A stretch of DNA of 63,792 bases, filler included, from Octopus bimaculoides (Eukaryota): NCBI RefSeq assembly GCF_001194135.2. It is 7 parts of 6 records of this genome, joined end to end, with 100 filler letters (N's around TTAATTAATTAA, not from the genome) between each part and the next. Parts side by side here need not be neighbours in the genome. Positions count along the whole stretch, not along the records: positions 1 to 11,815 come from NC_068987.1; positions 11,916 to 40,104 come from NC_069006.1; 5 more parts are not named here. One strand, written 5' to 3'. Positions 1-13,758 of the stretch are shown one piece after another. Numbering within the stretch: position 1 is the stretch's first letter; every line of letters starts with the position of its first letter. The position numbers and the translations under genes were made by a program. Below the pieces are notes generated by a model. That model made no database searches, was not told where the DNA came from, and saw only the letters and a list, made by a program, of their open reading frames with translations.

Positions 1-56
1 AAACACAGACACACAAACATATTACTGAAACAAATTAGGGGGAAATTTTTTCTATA

Positions 57-240
57 GGCGCAGGAGTGGCTGTGTGGTAAGTAGCTTGCCTACCAACCAC
101 ATGGTTCCGGGTTCATTCCCACTTCGTGGCACCTTGGGCAAGTGTCTTCTACTATAGCCTCGGGCCGACCAAAGCCTTGTGAGTGGATTTGGTAGACGGA
201 AACTGAAAGAAGCCTGTCGTATATATGTATATATGTATAT
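57..240 (+). mobile_element. SINE family A (tRNA-like head GGCGCAGGAGTGGCTGTGTGGTAAG...)
   Basis: Same sequence recurs at about 19911-20285(+), 24757-25145(-), 25660-25810(-), 49270-49588(-), 53010-53180(+), 59281-59725(+) and 62890-63303(-). Confidence 0.85.
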
Positions 241-714
241 ATCCTTTCCTGAGCGTCCAATAACACTATCCATATCACGTCCTCACTTTGTTGTTTTTTT
301 GTTATTGTTTTTTTTTGAACTTATATGTATATATATATATATACGACAGATTTCTTTTAGTTTCCGTCTACCAAATCCACTCACAAGGCTTTGGTCGACC
401 CGAGGCTATAGAAGGATAATATCCATAGCAATTTACAGGGCTTCCGAGATTGGTGAGAGGAAGGTCCCACCAATCTCAGAAGGCTATGGTTGAGATCCGA
501 ATGCAAAATGAAAAGAGTCAGGACAAATAGTACTTGGTATCTTGTTGTTATACTTCCGTCAAACCGCCATCCCGGATTAACACTTTTTACAGAGGCTAAA
601 GAATGAAAACGTAAAGTAGATCTCGACGGGATTTGAAGTCAAAGAGCTTAGCTAGAGGAAAAGATTTTCACGTGGAATGTTGATGTATCCAGAATAAAAA
701 CAGGAAACCTAAAT

Positions 715-3700
715 CTGTAGTATGTCATCCGTTCACTTAGCAAGTAAACTGTTATTTCAATGCCTGCAATAAGAAAAGCAGTTTTCCCTCTTTGCCTCAA
801 GGAATCAATCAAAGCATTGTACAAATACCTTTTGAAAACTCCCCCTGATTCATTAATAATCTAGAACCTGTGATTAGCCTTACTCTGACCAATACATGAA
901 TATAATTCTCTGTTTCTAAAACCAAGGTCCTGTCTTTAATCTGGTTTGGTTGATTCTGGTTGCTGAGTTTAAAACCCGTAAAAATATTTCAAGATCGAGA
1001 AACCCCAGGGCCAAATACTTTAAGTTTTGCATTCATAAAATATCGACCGAGTCTTTCAAGCATTTATTTCTTGTCATCTCTACAGAATTTTCTTGGATTA
1101 TGTAATCTTCCATAACCTTTCTTCAAACTACTTATAGTGTGGCATTGGAATTTGGGGGATTATTCGTGGAAAGTATCAAAGAAAATAAATATATAATAGG
1201 GAAAGTAAGTTTGTTACAGAAAATTTGAGCATTATATCTAACCCAATTACCATCATTACTAATTAAAGTTCATTGCTACTGGGCTTCCTTAAAAATGCGT
1301 AGCCAACTCCATCCACTCTCCATAGCAACTTGAAGCTGGCTGCCCACTTCTCAATCAACAATATTATTCTGAGATGGAAGCGTTCCGATTCTTGAGGAAT
1401 GACAGAGTATACTCTCTGAATAGTTTTCTGGGGATGCGAATTCTTAGTTTCACAATGTAGTTTCCTTACCAAAAGCATAAAGATATGGAATGAATGAACT
1501 GATCATCCAAGTTCGCACAGCTTGTTGGTTCAAGAGGTACCACGATATCAGGTGAGTATTTTACGATTAGTGGTTTCCAATGCTTGCCTCTTATTCCATC
1601 TAGAAACTATACACTCTCTTCTCCGACGCCAAAAAATGACATGCGTACAATTGCCTGTGATTTGCCATACGTTTTGTTTTTATAGAATTACCCGAGCCCT
1701 TCGAGAGCACTAATGTACATAGCATTCACCATTGCAAGACTTGATCTTGAACAGTTTCTCGGTCATTATCAATTTCATCAGTTTAGGGATTCAAGCAACC
1801 GCAGCCTTTACATATATATTTCAATATACATTTGACTGTTTTCCCTGAAGCACATATTTCTATAATGATATAATACGAGACGTTTGTGGCAAGGAACAGT
1901 ATATCGGCTGTCAACTGAAAACTTGCCAGTTTTATCAGCGGTATTTAGTTGTCTATAAATTGGATATCTGTCAGCATTAGCTTGTGCATGCCCTTTGAAT
2001 TCCTTAAGAAAGGCTTTGCTAGATTTATTCTATGCATACTACATGAGGATTTAAACTGTCACCAGAGCCGTGAATCATGCATTTTGTAATGGTTTCGTGA
2101 AGTGATTTCTAAGAATATGGAAAAGGAATTTCTGCGCACATTAAATTCTATATTTTCCCCAGGTTATTAAATTTATCTCTTTCATTTAAGGTTGTCAAAA
2201 TATAAGCAATGAGAAAATTCTAGTTTCTGAAATTTGATAGAATGGTAATATGCTTTAACATTTCCAAAAATATTTCCCACTACATCGTTCAATATTTCTT
2301 GCAATGGTATCTTAAACACTTGCCAAAATATCTGGTCAGTTTGACAAGAGTTGTCAAAGAAATAGCTATTATCTCTATTTTCGATGGCATGTAAAAACGG
2401 TAAGTATATCTTGCTTCTCAAATTTATTCCCCTAGCCATGACATCGAGATAATATTCTGTCTGTCTGACTGTCTCTCTGTGTCTCTCATGCTCATGAAGA
2501 TCTTTGAAATAATGATGGTAAAATAATTCTACGCCTTACATGAGTTCTAATCTTATTGGTAACAGTAGATCGGTAAGTTTTTGATACCCGTCAACTATGA
2601 GACGTCCTTGTTGATACATCACATTGGTTCTTAAACTTTATTTGTTGCGCCCCCTTTAAAGTAGTTATTAGGCCTAGGGCCCCTTTAAGTGACAAGTAAG
2701 GGATCACGACTAAAACTAACATAACATGGATGATAATTTATAAATTTTACTCTAAAAATGAATTGCATAAGATTTTAATAGTGACATAATAAAGAATTAA
2801 TGAAGACAAAAGTTGCAAATTCACTTTATTCATTGCAAGTTAATGACTTCTCTGTGCTTGATGAAATCTCACTTTATTTTAATAACAGTTATTAGTTTGA
2901 TCATGTATAAAATAATTACTACTATAGGTAAAAATTAATATGTTAATTATGTTACCTCACTGCCCACTCTTAAAGTCAAGCACCCCTTTCAACATATCCA
3001 GCCTCCCACCACTTGGAGGTGGTTCCGTCGCTCACGTTGAGAACCTCTGATATATCACATTATCAAAAATATTTCCCTCTACTTGAAGATGACACTCGAC
3101 AATCCATTGTTGAAATAATAGATTAGGGCTGTAATCTTCTTTTAAATGTTTGGCCAGTCACGTATAGCAGCAAACTAATATTGAAGCGTCTATTGTTAAT
3201 CAGTTTAAGATTAACGCGAAATCATGAATGTATTCTTGGTTCTCCATAGGAATAAAATAATGTGATAGAATAACGTGTAAATCTTTGGGATAAGATTAGA
3301 CTCAATATCTTCAAATTGATGAGAAGAGTTTCTTGAATTCGTGGATAAAGACAAAAGTTATGTTCATAAGTTTAGATTTCTGCCAGTATTCTTAAAAATT
3401 TTGCACCTTCATTTACAGCTGGGAAATTATGATGTCTTTAGAGAATACATCGATCTGTCTTATATGTTGCCTTGATGCTGTGACGTTAGAATATTATGTT
3501 CTGTTGCTCGTGCTTCTTTTAACTTACAAAACTTTACACCTGAAAGCATAAACACTTTTTTTTACTTTGGCGATCTGAGCTAACCTAGTTTATAAAGGGG
3601 AGAAAATAAATATTCGAATCTTTTTCTCCGAGTGCTTGAATATGACTGTCATGATTATACATTTGGCCATCCATACAAAAACAATGCTGTCCATACTTCA

Positions 3701-4400
3701 AGGGTAAAATATGTGAATTCCCAGAGAAGCAAAAGAAAAGTGCTGAGTGGTAAATTATAACGTCGTGCTTGGAGTTTGTGTAATTGGGTTTTCTTAGATT
3801 ACTCATTAAATTATGAATCTATGGTGGTATTTTCTTCGATTAGCCAATATTATTTTACCACTGTAACAACAAAAGTAAAAAAAAAAATAGTTATTGAATT
3901 AAAACAGTTATTGAATTTGATGGACGATCTGATAAAATATATTTGGCATTACAAGATTGTTAGACAAAAACCAACAGAAATATTGCGGTAAATTTCCCCT
4001 TGGAATAGTATTGTTGTTGACTCCATTATTTTGAACTCTAGAATGTAGTTATTTTGTATATTCCTACTTCTTTGTCCTCTCTTAATACGATTTTATTCAC
4101 TTCTTTCGATAATAATAACCTTATGTCAATCTCGTGCAATTAGTCTTCTTTCGTGTGTTTTCATTTCAGTCTGAATTATATTTGTCTTCTTTCTTTGTCA
4201 AACACCGCTTTTGATTCTTCGCGTATTTCAGTTTGTCTTCTTTCAATAATTCCTATCCTCGAGCCATGCTTTTGTTTCTTGTGATTCTTGACATTTTGCA
4301 ACACTTCTCTTCAATTTTCATCAACTATTAACTTCTACTTGTGATAAACTTTGTCTACATTTTCTAACTCAAAATCGAGGAGTTTCTCTGTCACTGGGAA
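715..4400 (-). mobile_element. Decayed Helitron Rep/helicase coding region
   Basis: Frameshifted translations match Helitron RepHel blocks in the correct order: GQHCFCMDGQMY, LFQQWIVE, RIILPSLF, NIFGNVKAYYHSIKFQK (Rep motif 2 region), YIFKYICKG-like, RVYSVIPQESERFHLRIILL, and a Pif1 motif-I-like GGVFKRYLYNALI. Termini not found. Confidence 0.85.
2622..3049. mobile_element. hAT (Charlie-like) MITE inserted in the Helitron
   Basis: Termini CATTGGTTCTTAAAC and GTTGAGAACCTCTG. 8-bp TSD ATACATCA / ATATATCA (7 of 8 identical). Confidence 0.85.
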
Positions 4401-4425
4401 CTTCTGTTCGTTTGATTTACCTTAA

Positions 4426-4635
4426 CCCTTTACCATTTAAACTAGCCATATATCCTACCTGTTTTATGTTCAGACTGTCCAGATCTGGACTCTTATACCT
4501 ATCCTACAATGTTATTAAAAATATACGCAGTCACATCAGCAAAATCTCGAAGCTACGAGATAATGAATGATTAATTTAAATCAATGTGAAAAAATAAGCA
4601 TTACATTCAACAGAATAATCCGAATGCCATAAGAG
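4426..4635. mobile_element. piggyBac-type MITE between TTAA sites, followed by a partial tandem copy to about 4795
   Basis: TTAA-CCCTTTACCATT at the left end and AATGCCATAAGAG-TTAA at the right end. A homologous inverted copy lies at about 35446-35633. Confidence 0.65.
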
Positions 4636-4805
4636 TTAAACTAGCCAGGTTAATCTCAAATAATTTACCCGTTTTATCTTCAAAATAGCCTAATCTGGCC
4701 TGTCACACTTACCATACAATGCCATTCTAAGAATGAACAATCACATCAGCAAAATCTCGAAGCAACGAGATAATGTATGATTAATTCGAAACAATTCGGA
4801 CGGGA

Positions 4806-4914
4806 TCCGTCCGTCCATCCATCCGTCCATTCATCCATCTATCCATCCATCCATTCATCCATCCATCCATCCATCCATTCATCCATCCATCCATCCATCC
4901 ATCCATCCATCCAT
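4806..4914. repeat. (TCCA)n microsatellite
   Basis: Read directly from the sequence. Confidence 0.95.
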
Positions 4915-5267
4915 ACAATAGGTTCTTAAGCTTTTTCCATCTAAATTTCACTCAAAGCATTAATAACTTTGTGACTATAGTAAAAAATTGTCTAAGGTGC
5001 TATGCAGTGGGATTGAACCCAAAATCTCATGGTTTCGAAGCATATGTTTTAATAATACAGCTATGCCTGCACCTCTATTACTGGTATGTTTTTTTAAGAA
5101 TCCACAGTTCAGTGGGGGCAGTTACAATACTTCGTTCACTGTGACTGTTGGTTCAAGTCTAGACATGTGAAGTGTTCCTTGATATGAAGAGAAAGGATGT
5201 AATGCATTTTATTCAGATTTCTCACAACTTTACCTAGCAGTTGTACCATGGCAGAATAATATTGCAG

Positions 5268-5500
5268 AGGCGGTGAGCTGGCAGAATCGTTAGCACACCG
5301 GGCGAAATGCTTAGCGGTATTTCGTCCGTCTTTACGTTCTGAGTTCAAATTCCGCCGAGGTCGACTTTGCCTTTCATCCTTTCGGGGGTCGATAAATTAA
5401 GTACCAGTTACGTACTAGAGTCGATGTAACCGACTTAATCCCTTTGTCTGTTCTTATTTGTCCCCTCTATGTTTAACCCCTTGTGGGCAATAAAGAAATA
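5268..5500 (+). mobile_element. SINE family B (GGCGGTGAGCTGGCAGAATCGTTAGC...GAGTTCAAATTCC)
   Basis: Copies at about 6590-6725, 7190-7600 (two), 13675-14110, 25945-26160, 37905-38122, 45160-45352, 55240-55452 and 57733-57940. Confidence 0.85.
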
Positions 5501-5972
5501 AGAATAATATTGTAGACAAATTATTTCTTCGATTTCATTCTATACCTGAGATTATTTACCTCTTGAGGTAAAGTGAAAAATTATAGATATCTTCTCTCTA
5601 GGCAGAAGAGTGACAAGTGCAGAACGAAGAACGTAGCTTTCAAAGACGCTCCCTCCTAGGATTGCCCCTTCAATACAACCTATGTGAACTTATACACAGG
5701 AATCATTTGTTTTAGACAAAAATAGAATTTTAACGGAACTAATGTATTTCATGATCTTGTATAAACTTCCATTCATTTTAAGTTTTCAAATAAACGTGGG
5801 ATTTCCACGAATTCTGCTCGTATATATTATGTTCGTCCTTTTAACTGCATTTTTGTGGGTGTTTTTCAAGGTAATAGGAAGCTTTAATATAAAGCTACGA
5901 ACATTTTATTGATCACTCTTTTAAACTCCCGTCCCGAAATGTAAGTTCGAGATATGTTAAAAAAAATTGTAA

Positions 5973-6010
<38 letters not shown>

Positions 6011-6773
6011 ACACACACACACACTCGCACACCCACACAGACATACACGCACATATTTTCATACATGCACATACATATCATCATTATCGTTGTTATTCTT
6101 ACGCCCACTTTCCATATTGACGTGAATGAGACAGATTTTCACGGCCTGAGTCAGTTCCTGTTCTTATTAACAACCACTGACCTCACACACCGCCCACACA
6201 TTTATTTTCATGTTTATTTCATTTACATCTTTGGTTTCCTTCTTACAGCTGGAGGACCTTCCTATCACCAACCACTTCATAGGGTACTGGTGCATTTTAT
6301 CGTGGCACCCGCACGGTAGGGTTTACCTTGTATACTGCAAGAGTAAAGGGTATTTACTAATCAATGTTCTAAGGCGTGTTGCTCTCGCTCAAGACAAGGG
6401 CGAATGAGAAGGGAAATAGGTGCGTGAGATCAATGAGTCTGAATAGGTTGATGAAGGAATCGACAGTGTGATGAAACTGAATGACTGGGGTGATGAAGTC
6501 AAGAAGGAGGGTTCCCTAAAGGTGAAAATTAGTGATGGTTGATATAGGGGAAGTGGAAAGTCGATTACATCAACCCCTGTGTTCAACTTGTACTTATTTA
6601 TTGGCTTCTAAAAGGTGAAAGGCAAATTCGACTTCGGCGGAATTTGAACTCAGAACGTAAAGACGGACGAAATGCTGCTAAGCACATTTCCCCGGCGTGC
6701 TAACGATTCTGCTAGCTCGCTGCCTTAACATCTTATTAAATATTTCTTTTTACTATAGGTACATGGTCTGAAG

Positions 6774-7165
6774 TGGAGGCGCAATGGCCCAGTGGTTAGG
6801 GCAGCGAACTCGCGGTCAGAGGATCGCGGTTTCGATTCTCAGACCGGGTGTTGTGAGTGTTTATTGAGCGAAAACACCTAAAGCTCCACAAGGCTCCGGC
6901 AGGGGATGGTGGCGAACCCTGCTGTACTCTTTCACCACAACTTTCTCTCACTCTTTCTTCCTGTTTCTGTTGTGCCTGTAATTCAAAGGGTCAGCCTTGT
7001 CACACTGTGTCATGCTGAATATCCCCGAGAACTACGTTAAGGGTACACGTGTCCGTGGAGTGCTCAGCCACTTGCACGTTAATTTCACGAGCAGGCTGTT
7101 CCGTTGATCAGATCAACTGGAACCCTCGACGTCGTAAGCGACGGAGTGCCAACAACAACAACAAC
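6774..7165 (+). mobile_element. SINE family C, young copy nested in a family B SINE
   Basis: tRNA-like head TGGAGGCGCAATGGCCCAGTGGTTAGG and (AAC)n tail. Flanked by ACATGGTCTGAA / ACATGATCTGAA (TSD-like). Highly similar inverted copy at 38745-39127. Confidence 0.88.
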
Positions 7166-8350
7166 ATGATCTGAAACTTAGAGGAAGGGGCTAGTCGATT
7201 ACATCGATCCCAGTGCTCGATTGATACTTAGTCTATCGACACCGAAAGGATGAGAAGCAAAGTCAACCTTGGAAGAATTTCTACTCAGAACATACAGAAG
7301 GTCGAGATACCGCTAAACATTTTGCCCGGCGTTTTAACGACTCTTGCAGCTCACCAACTTAACATCTGATTAAATAGTGATTTCAAATTTTGGCACAAGG
7401 TCAGCAATTTTGGGGGACGGTTAAGTCGATTACATCGACCCCGGTGTTCAACTGGTAGTTATTTTATCGACCTCGAAAGGATTCAAGGCTAAATCGACCT
7501 CGGCAGAATTTGAACTCAGAACGTACAGACGGTCGAGATGCCGCTAAACATTTTGTCCGACGTTTTGACGATTCTGCCAGTTCATCACCTTAACATCTGA
7601 TTAAATATTGCAAGATTATTTTCTCCGTTATTCTATGACTTCTGCCTGCCCACTTGTAATCTTGAATATTAATGATCTCTACTTTGGCATACAGCCAGAC
7701 AGGCTTTTGGAAAAGTAGAGTCGATATTAATCTATCTCATTGTTTGAGTGGTACTTATATTATTGACCCGGAAGAACGAAAGACAATGATGACATATCCT
7801 CATCATGCAAAGAAACGTAAATAAATATTGCAATTAAATACTGTAATTAAATGCTCTAACTGAATATCATTTAACGTTCTCCAGTTACTGTTAGTCCACG
7901 GCCCATATTTTGCGTCATGATGACGCTTACTTGGGAAGATAATATGCGCCGTGCATACAAGCACGTAGATTCACACAACTCCATACACACGCACACATGT
8001 ACATATATACATAGGTACATATATATGTGTGTGTTTGTTTGTGTGTGTATAATTATATATGTGCATATGTGTACATATATATATGTATGTATATATATAT
8101 ATGCATATATATATATATATATATATATATGTAGATGTATATGTGTATATATATGTACATATACACACACATACATACATACACACACATATAATATATA
8201 CACGCACACAGAGACACTACCGTATATAAACGACGCTTCCTTGTAAAGTAACGCTCATACATAAACACACAAACACATATGTTTCTATGCATGTACACTT
8301 GCATGTTTACATACATGTATGTATTTAAGTTCATATACATGTATGAGCGA

Positions 8351-8388
<38 letters not shown>

Positions 8389-8444
8389 NNNNNNNNNNNN
8401 NNNNNNNNNNNNNNNNNNNNNNNNNNNNNNNNNNNNNNNNNNNN

Positions 8445-8486
<42 letters not shown>

Positions 8487-10346
8487 AATGTGTGCAGTGT
8501 GTGTATATACGTTTAGGTGTATATTTTATTCCTGACATCTATTTATTCTTATTTGCAGAATTCAAGCCAGTCCCTAACCAAATGACAAGGCTGCTTTGTT
8601 TTGATTGAAGTCAGTTCAGTTCTAAGAATTTGTGGATGTGTTTATGCGACTTTACACGTACATGTATGTGTGATTGTACTTGTATTCATGTTATGGTTGT
8701 CTTACGGGTGTGTGCATGCGTGTGTGCGTGTGTGTTTGTTTGTATGCCGTATGTACATATAGGATTCTAGCGGGTATTCATTTTGTGAGAATTGACATGA
8801 ATAAAGAACTAAAAAAACCGAGCTGTTTTGCACATTTCATGACCTATGACACTTTCATTTCTCTGTGAAGATCACAGACAAAACAGGTTCAAAACGACAA
8901 ATCTTCTTCTGTATGTGACGTGACTATGTTTAACACAATTTTAGCCATCCGTGATAAACTACATGTAGCAAAATTTACAGTGCATGTCTTTGTGTAAACG
9001 TCAGTAGCCGTCTGATGTGTATCTCTTCTAAGTTGCTACAGTCTTTTTTTTTTATTATCACCGAATTTGTCCTCGTATCATCCGGCACTATGATGGACGA
9101 TGAGATGGTGAAGACACTCTCATATCACCACTCGCCCAATTTCAACACGTTCTTTGTTACACATTCCCTTTCGCGCGAAGGCCTTCTGCTTCGGCTTTTT
9201 TCAGTGCGTAGAAAAAAAACTTCAATCACATATGATTACCCTCATAATCTAAAGAAAAAATTTCTTTTAGAGTTGTTTTAATTAGAAAAAAAAAAACAAA
9301 AAAAAACACTATGAAAATACTGTGGAAAATAATTTCCACTATAACCATTGATTCAAACGTTTGGAAAATTCAGTGCAGAGGGAGTAGCCAATTGTTCTCC
9401 CTGCAATCCTTTAAAAGATTCCGTTTTTACGCATTTCCCTTCAAAGGCTTGATTGCAGATTTTATCTGGCCTGGACGACCTGGGAAGACGGCAGCTTTTT
9501 CTCTAATTCTACTTTTCACATCCCATTATTAGGTCTGTTGCACTCAACTACTTGTTCTTTTTGTTGTATTCAATAGCTTTTCTCTTTCCCTCATGACATA
9601 GTGTTGTTTTTGGCCTTGTTGTTGGTGTTTCTTGTATCTCTCTTGGTGATCCAGCTTATGAGTGTGTCATCAGCACCTTGTCATGATGCCACTTCTTATC
9701 TCATCTGGGTAAGTGCTATTTATTACTCTGAGAAGATGCGTGCCAAGATGTCCTTCTCTCTATAAAATATACACCAATGGTCTTATCCCATGCCATGTTT
9801 GTGCAAGTTTGTTGGCGTTGGGAGTGTCTCATACAAAATTCGCAGCAAGAAGACGCAGAATGGTTCTATTTCCCACAAGCCTGTCCACGGGATCCGCTTC
9901 TTGGGCAGTTTCCATATTGTCTAGGCTCCCTGGAATACCAGCTTTACTGCTCTTGACCTTTTTCCATCCTTCCGATATATGCTTTAAGTGCACCAAACGT
10001 CGATATGAGAGGTTCTCTCATGGTAATGCAGTATTGTGTTCTAACATAAACCATTTTTAAGTGGGTATACATATTACATCTTGGTATTAATACTGCCTCT
10101 GTTGCTATTAATTATTTTGTAAAAAGAAATGTCTTTATTTTTGTTTAAAAAAGAACAAAAAAAAAACGAAACATGTCTCCTCTTTTCCGTGCATTGCGAA
10201 AATCCTCTGTGAGTTGGCCACATAAATATTTGAAATCTTATTTAACAAACCAATAAAAGAGACGCAATGCCAGAATTTTTGCCGTAAATCATTCCCTATT
10301 TTCTTAAAAAAGACGATGTTTATGATTGCATGTACTTCTGCTGCGG

Positions 10347-10382
<36 letters not shown>

Positions 10383-11615
10383 GCACCACCACCGCCTCCA
10401 CGACTTCTATTGCCTCTAATTACCACCATTACTAACACGATCACCACCACCACTGCCACTACCACCACCACCACAACTACTACTGCCACCAATTACCACG
10501 ATCACCACCACCACCACCGCCACTACCNNNNNNNNNNNNNNNNNNNNNNNNNNNNNNNNNNNNNNNNNNNNNNNNNNNNNNNNNNNNNNNNNNNNNNNNN
10601 NNNNNNNNNNNNNNNNNNNNNNNNNNNNNNNNNNNNNNNNNNNNNNNNNNNNNNNNNNNNNNNNNNNNNNNNNNNNNNNNNNNNNNNNNNNNNNNNNNNN
10701 NNNNNNNNNNNNNNNCTACTACTACTACTAGCACCACCACCGCCTCCACGACTTCTATTGCCTCTAATTACCACCATTACTAACACGATCACCACCACCA
10801 CTGTAGTACTAAATGCGCACAATGCATAAAAAACAAAAGACAGAATGGTCACGAACGAAACGTTTTTGATCACGGATCTCCTCAATCAGTGCCATGCTGC
10901 GGGCTAACCCCCCCCCCCAAAAAAAAAAAACACCCTTAAATCCCACCATCACAGCGAGGAGTACGACAGCTTCTAATATATGGCTTTTTGTTGAGATATT
11001 ATTCCGGTAATTAATAATTCATTTGTTACAGAATTCTCTTCTGCTGTCTTCTTTAATTCCGTTCTATATATACGTAACTCCGTTCTTCTGCTTGTTTACC
11101 TTTTGTTTAGCCAGTTATTGATTTTTGAATAAATTGATATTTATTTCTTCTGTAGCAATTTGTGACTAGCATAACACGAATACATGTAGGAACGCATACA
11201 CTTGCACAACACAAACATGAATACACATCTGAACATTGCAACGATATCTCTGTCTACACATGCGCAGACACATACATATTCATATATCAGACATGTATAT
11301 TTCCTAAGGGAAAATTAGTTGCGGTGCGTATATCTTTAAGTATGTGTTTGTGCGTGTGTTTATATCCATGTATAGACATACATACATACATACATACATA
11401 CATACATACATACATACATGCATGCATACATATACACATATATACATACGTTCGTACGTACATACATATATACACACACAAAGTCACACGTGCACACACA
11501 CATGCACAAACGCACACATACATATGCACAAACACACACATATGTATATATATATGTTTACTATATATATATATATATAACTAAATTTGTGTGTATGTAT
11601 ATCCATATATGTTTG

Positions 11616-11624
<9 letters not shown>

Positions 11625-11665
<41 letters not shown>

Positions 11666-11666
11666 A

Positions 11667-11733
<67 letters not shown>

Positions 11734-11757
11734 AATCTATCTATCTATCTATCTATC
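11625..11757. repeat. (TATC)n microsatellite; a similar (GATA)n tract lies at 41615-41900
   Basis: Read directly from the sequence. Confidence 0.95.
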
Positions 11758-11815
11758 TCTAAGCACTACCCGTTCGGGATAAGCTCTACAGGCATGGCTC
11801 GAGAAACACGGGGCC

Positions 11816-11915
11816 NNNNNNNNNNNNNNNNNNNNNNNNNNNNNNNNNNNNNNNNNNNNTTAATTAATTAANNNNNNNNNNNNNNNNNNNNNNNNNNNNN
11901 NNNNNNNNNNNNNNN
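11816..11915. other. Assembly linker N44-TTAATTAATTAA-N44
   Basis: Identical 100-bp construct also at 40105-40204, 42806-42905, 59006-59105, 61314-61413 and 62567-62666. Confidence 0.95.
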
Positions 11916-12748
11916 AAAATGGTTTGACAAGGTCCAACAAGCCAGTGGACAGCAATGAGCTTCAATGTCTGTTTTGGCATGGTTTCTATGGTTCAATGCC
12001 CTTCCTAACACCAACCACTTTACAGAATGGATTGGATGCTTTCCTTATAGCACAAGCATTTATAAGGTCAGCAAGTAACTCGCAAGACAAAACCCTTTGA
12101 CAGTGTGGGTTTACAGTAAAAGGAAGTGGTAGCTTTGTGCCAAGTGTCAATAGGCTAAAATATGAGAGGGGGTCAGAAGCAGGTGTTTTGCTGATCAGAA
12201 TATTCACACTCACAGATTTTATACAAGACAGTATTATGCTATTTAGCAAGAGGAAAAGAAAAGGAAAATATAATTACCTGTTCTCAAAAGTTGTTTGCAA
12301 GGTATTTTGTGAGCTTCTTCTGCTAGTATACTTTCTGCATCTGTTCCATATTTAAATTGAAATATAAAATAAAATTAATTAATAAAATTGGGGCTACCAA
12401 TTGCTGTTTTTTAATACCTAAAAATGCAACATGGTCACAACTGCACTGTCTTAGATCATAGGTCTGTTTGCTAAGAGTTATTACTAAACAACCATCTCTA
12501 CTTTCTAATTAACTGATATTGTTCCATTTCCTTTACTTTTGCATTTAAATATGTTCAAATACAACAATCCAGCCATCTACCTCATTTGTTATCTCAACTA
12601 CATTATATGGCATGCAAATATTTAAGCCTAAAATAAACTATAGTTCTCTCTGTTGAACCGTTTGTGGTGGCACTCTTCTAAATGATTTCCAACTCATTTT
12701 CGTCACCATATAAAGATATATACTTCGATAGAATGAACGACATCTACA

Positions 12749-13646
12749 TATAGTGGGGTGGGGCAAAAGTACTGCATTTTTGGCTGAGACAAAATATAAA
12801 AAACGTATGTTTACTAGCTTACAAAAACACTATCACCTAAGCAAATGGTCTTTCCTAAATGCATTAAAAGCATAATGACAATCTGATGACTATTTCAAAA
12901 AATTATCGCTGTTGTCTTTGAACATATGAAAGACAAATTTGGCTGGGGGCAAAATGAGTAAGACAAGATAATGTGAATTTGCCGCTTCAATTCTCTAGAA
13001 AACAGTTTCATAGACAGCAATACCTATCCCTAGATATCAGAAAGATGAGAAATGCAAAATAATAATAATAATAAATAAATAAATATCTAGGTCAATGAAA
13101 GACGACCAGGGAAAAATAGCACGTTATATGAAACAACTTAATTCGACTAAAAGAAAAACAAATTCAGCATACAATATTTTTTTATATCTTCTTCACCATT
13201 TGCTGCAGAGACTCTCTTACCGATAGATTCACGCACCATGCAATTAAAGAAAAGAAACTATTGAAATTAGATATTACTCATTTTACCCCGTTTTAGATAT
13301 CAAGTGTTGAAACTTGAAAATTATCAAACTAGACATTAGTGTGGGAAAAAATTGGCTTGGAATCCAATAGAGAAAAGAATATTGATTGTTAAACACCAAA
13401 AATTATCCAGATATTTTATCAGCAACCTCAACTACAATCGAGCTAAATATGAAGAAAATTTTTTTGAAAAAAGTGGGCCTGCCACCTGACTGTTTTGGAC
13501 TCTCTCAACTTCAACAACAATTATGCTGACCAATATTTACTCCTCAAAATAATGCAAGAGCACAAAATAATGATTTCAAACAAATAGGAAAAAAATAAAT
13601 AAATAACAAGAAATCAGAAGTTACTCATTTTACCCCACCCCATGTA
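12749..13646. mobile_element. TIR-bounded non-autonomous DNA element, pogo/Tc1-like
   Basis: Left end TAGTGGGGTGGGGCAAAAG, right end TTACTCATTTTACCCCACCCCATGTA. Internal repeats of the GGGGCAAAATGAGTAA motif at about 12945 and 13275. Superfamily is inferred. Confidence 0.55.
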
Positions 13647-13758
13647 AAACAACACATTATATAAAATGGTGGTTTCAAATTTTGGCACAAGGCCAGCAGT
13701 TTCGGGGGAAGGGGTAAGTTGATTACAGTGATCTCAGTCTTCCACTGGTACTTATTTT

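Noticed and set aside
6248-6318. Exon-like segment with a good acceptor and GT donor
   Set aside because: The sequence is a diverged piece of repeat family D (CAGCTGGA..CCTTCCTA..CCAACCAC).
7871-8608. YI/HT/VC-rich ORFs here and at 11.2-11.8, 26.9-27.7, 41.6-44.2 and 56.4-57.5 kb
   Set aside because: Di- and tetranucleotide microsatellites and N runs, not proteins.
9169-9176. TTTCGCGC E2F-like site in a CpG-richer patch
   Set aside because: A single 8-mer with no defined transcription start or gene.
9580-10060. Possible LINE RT relic (GADDTLI on the minus strand) or the 115-aa plus-strand ORF
   Set aside because: Only one partial motif and no ordered series of RT blocks, so it cannot be classified by eye.
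10370-10803. About 85-bp direct duplication around an N gap
   Set aside because: Identical copies flank the gap within trinucleotide repeats; most likely overlapping contig ends.
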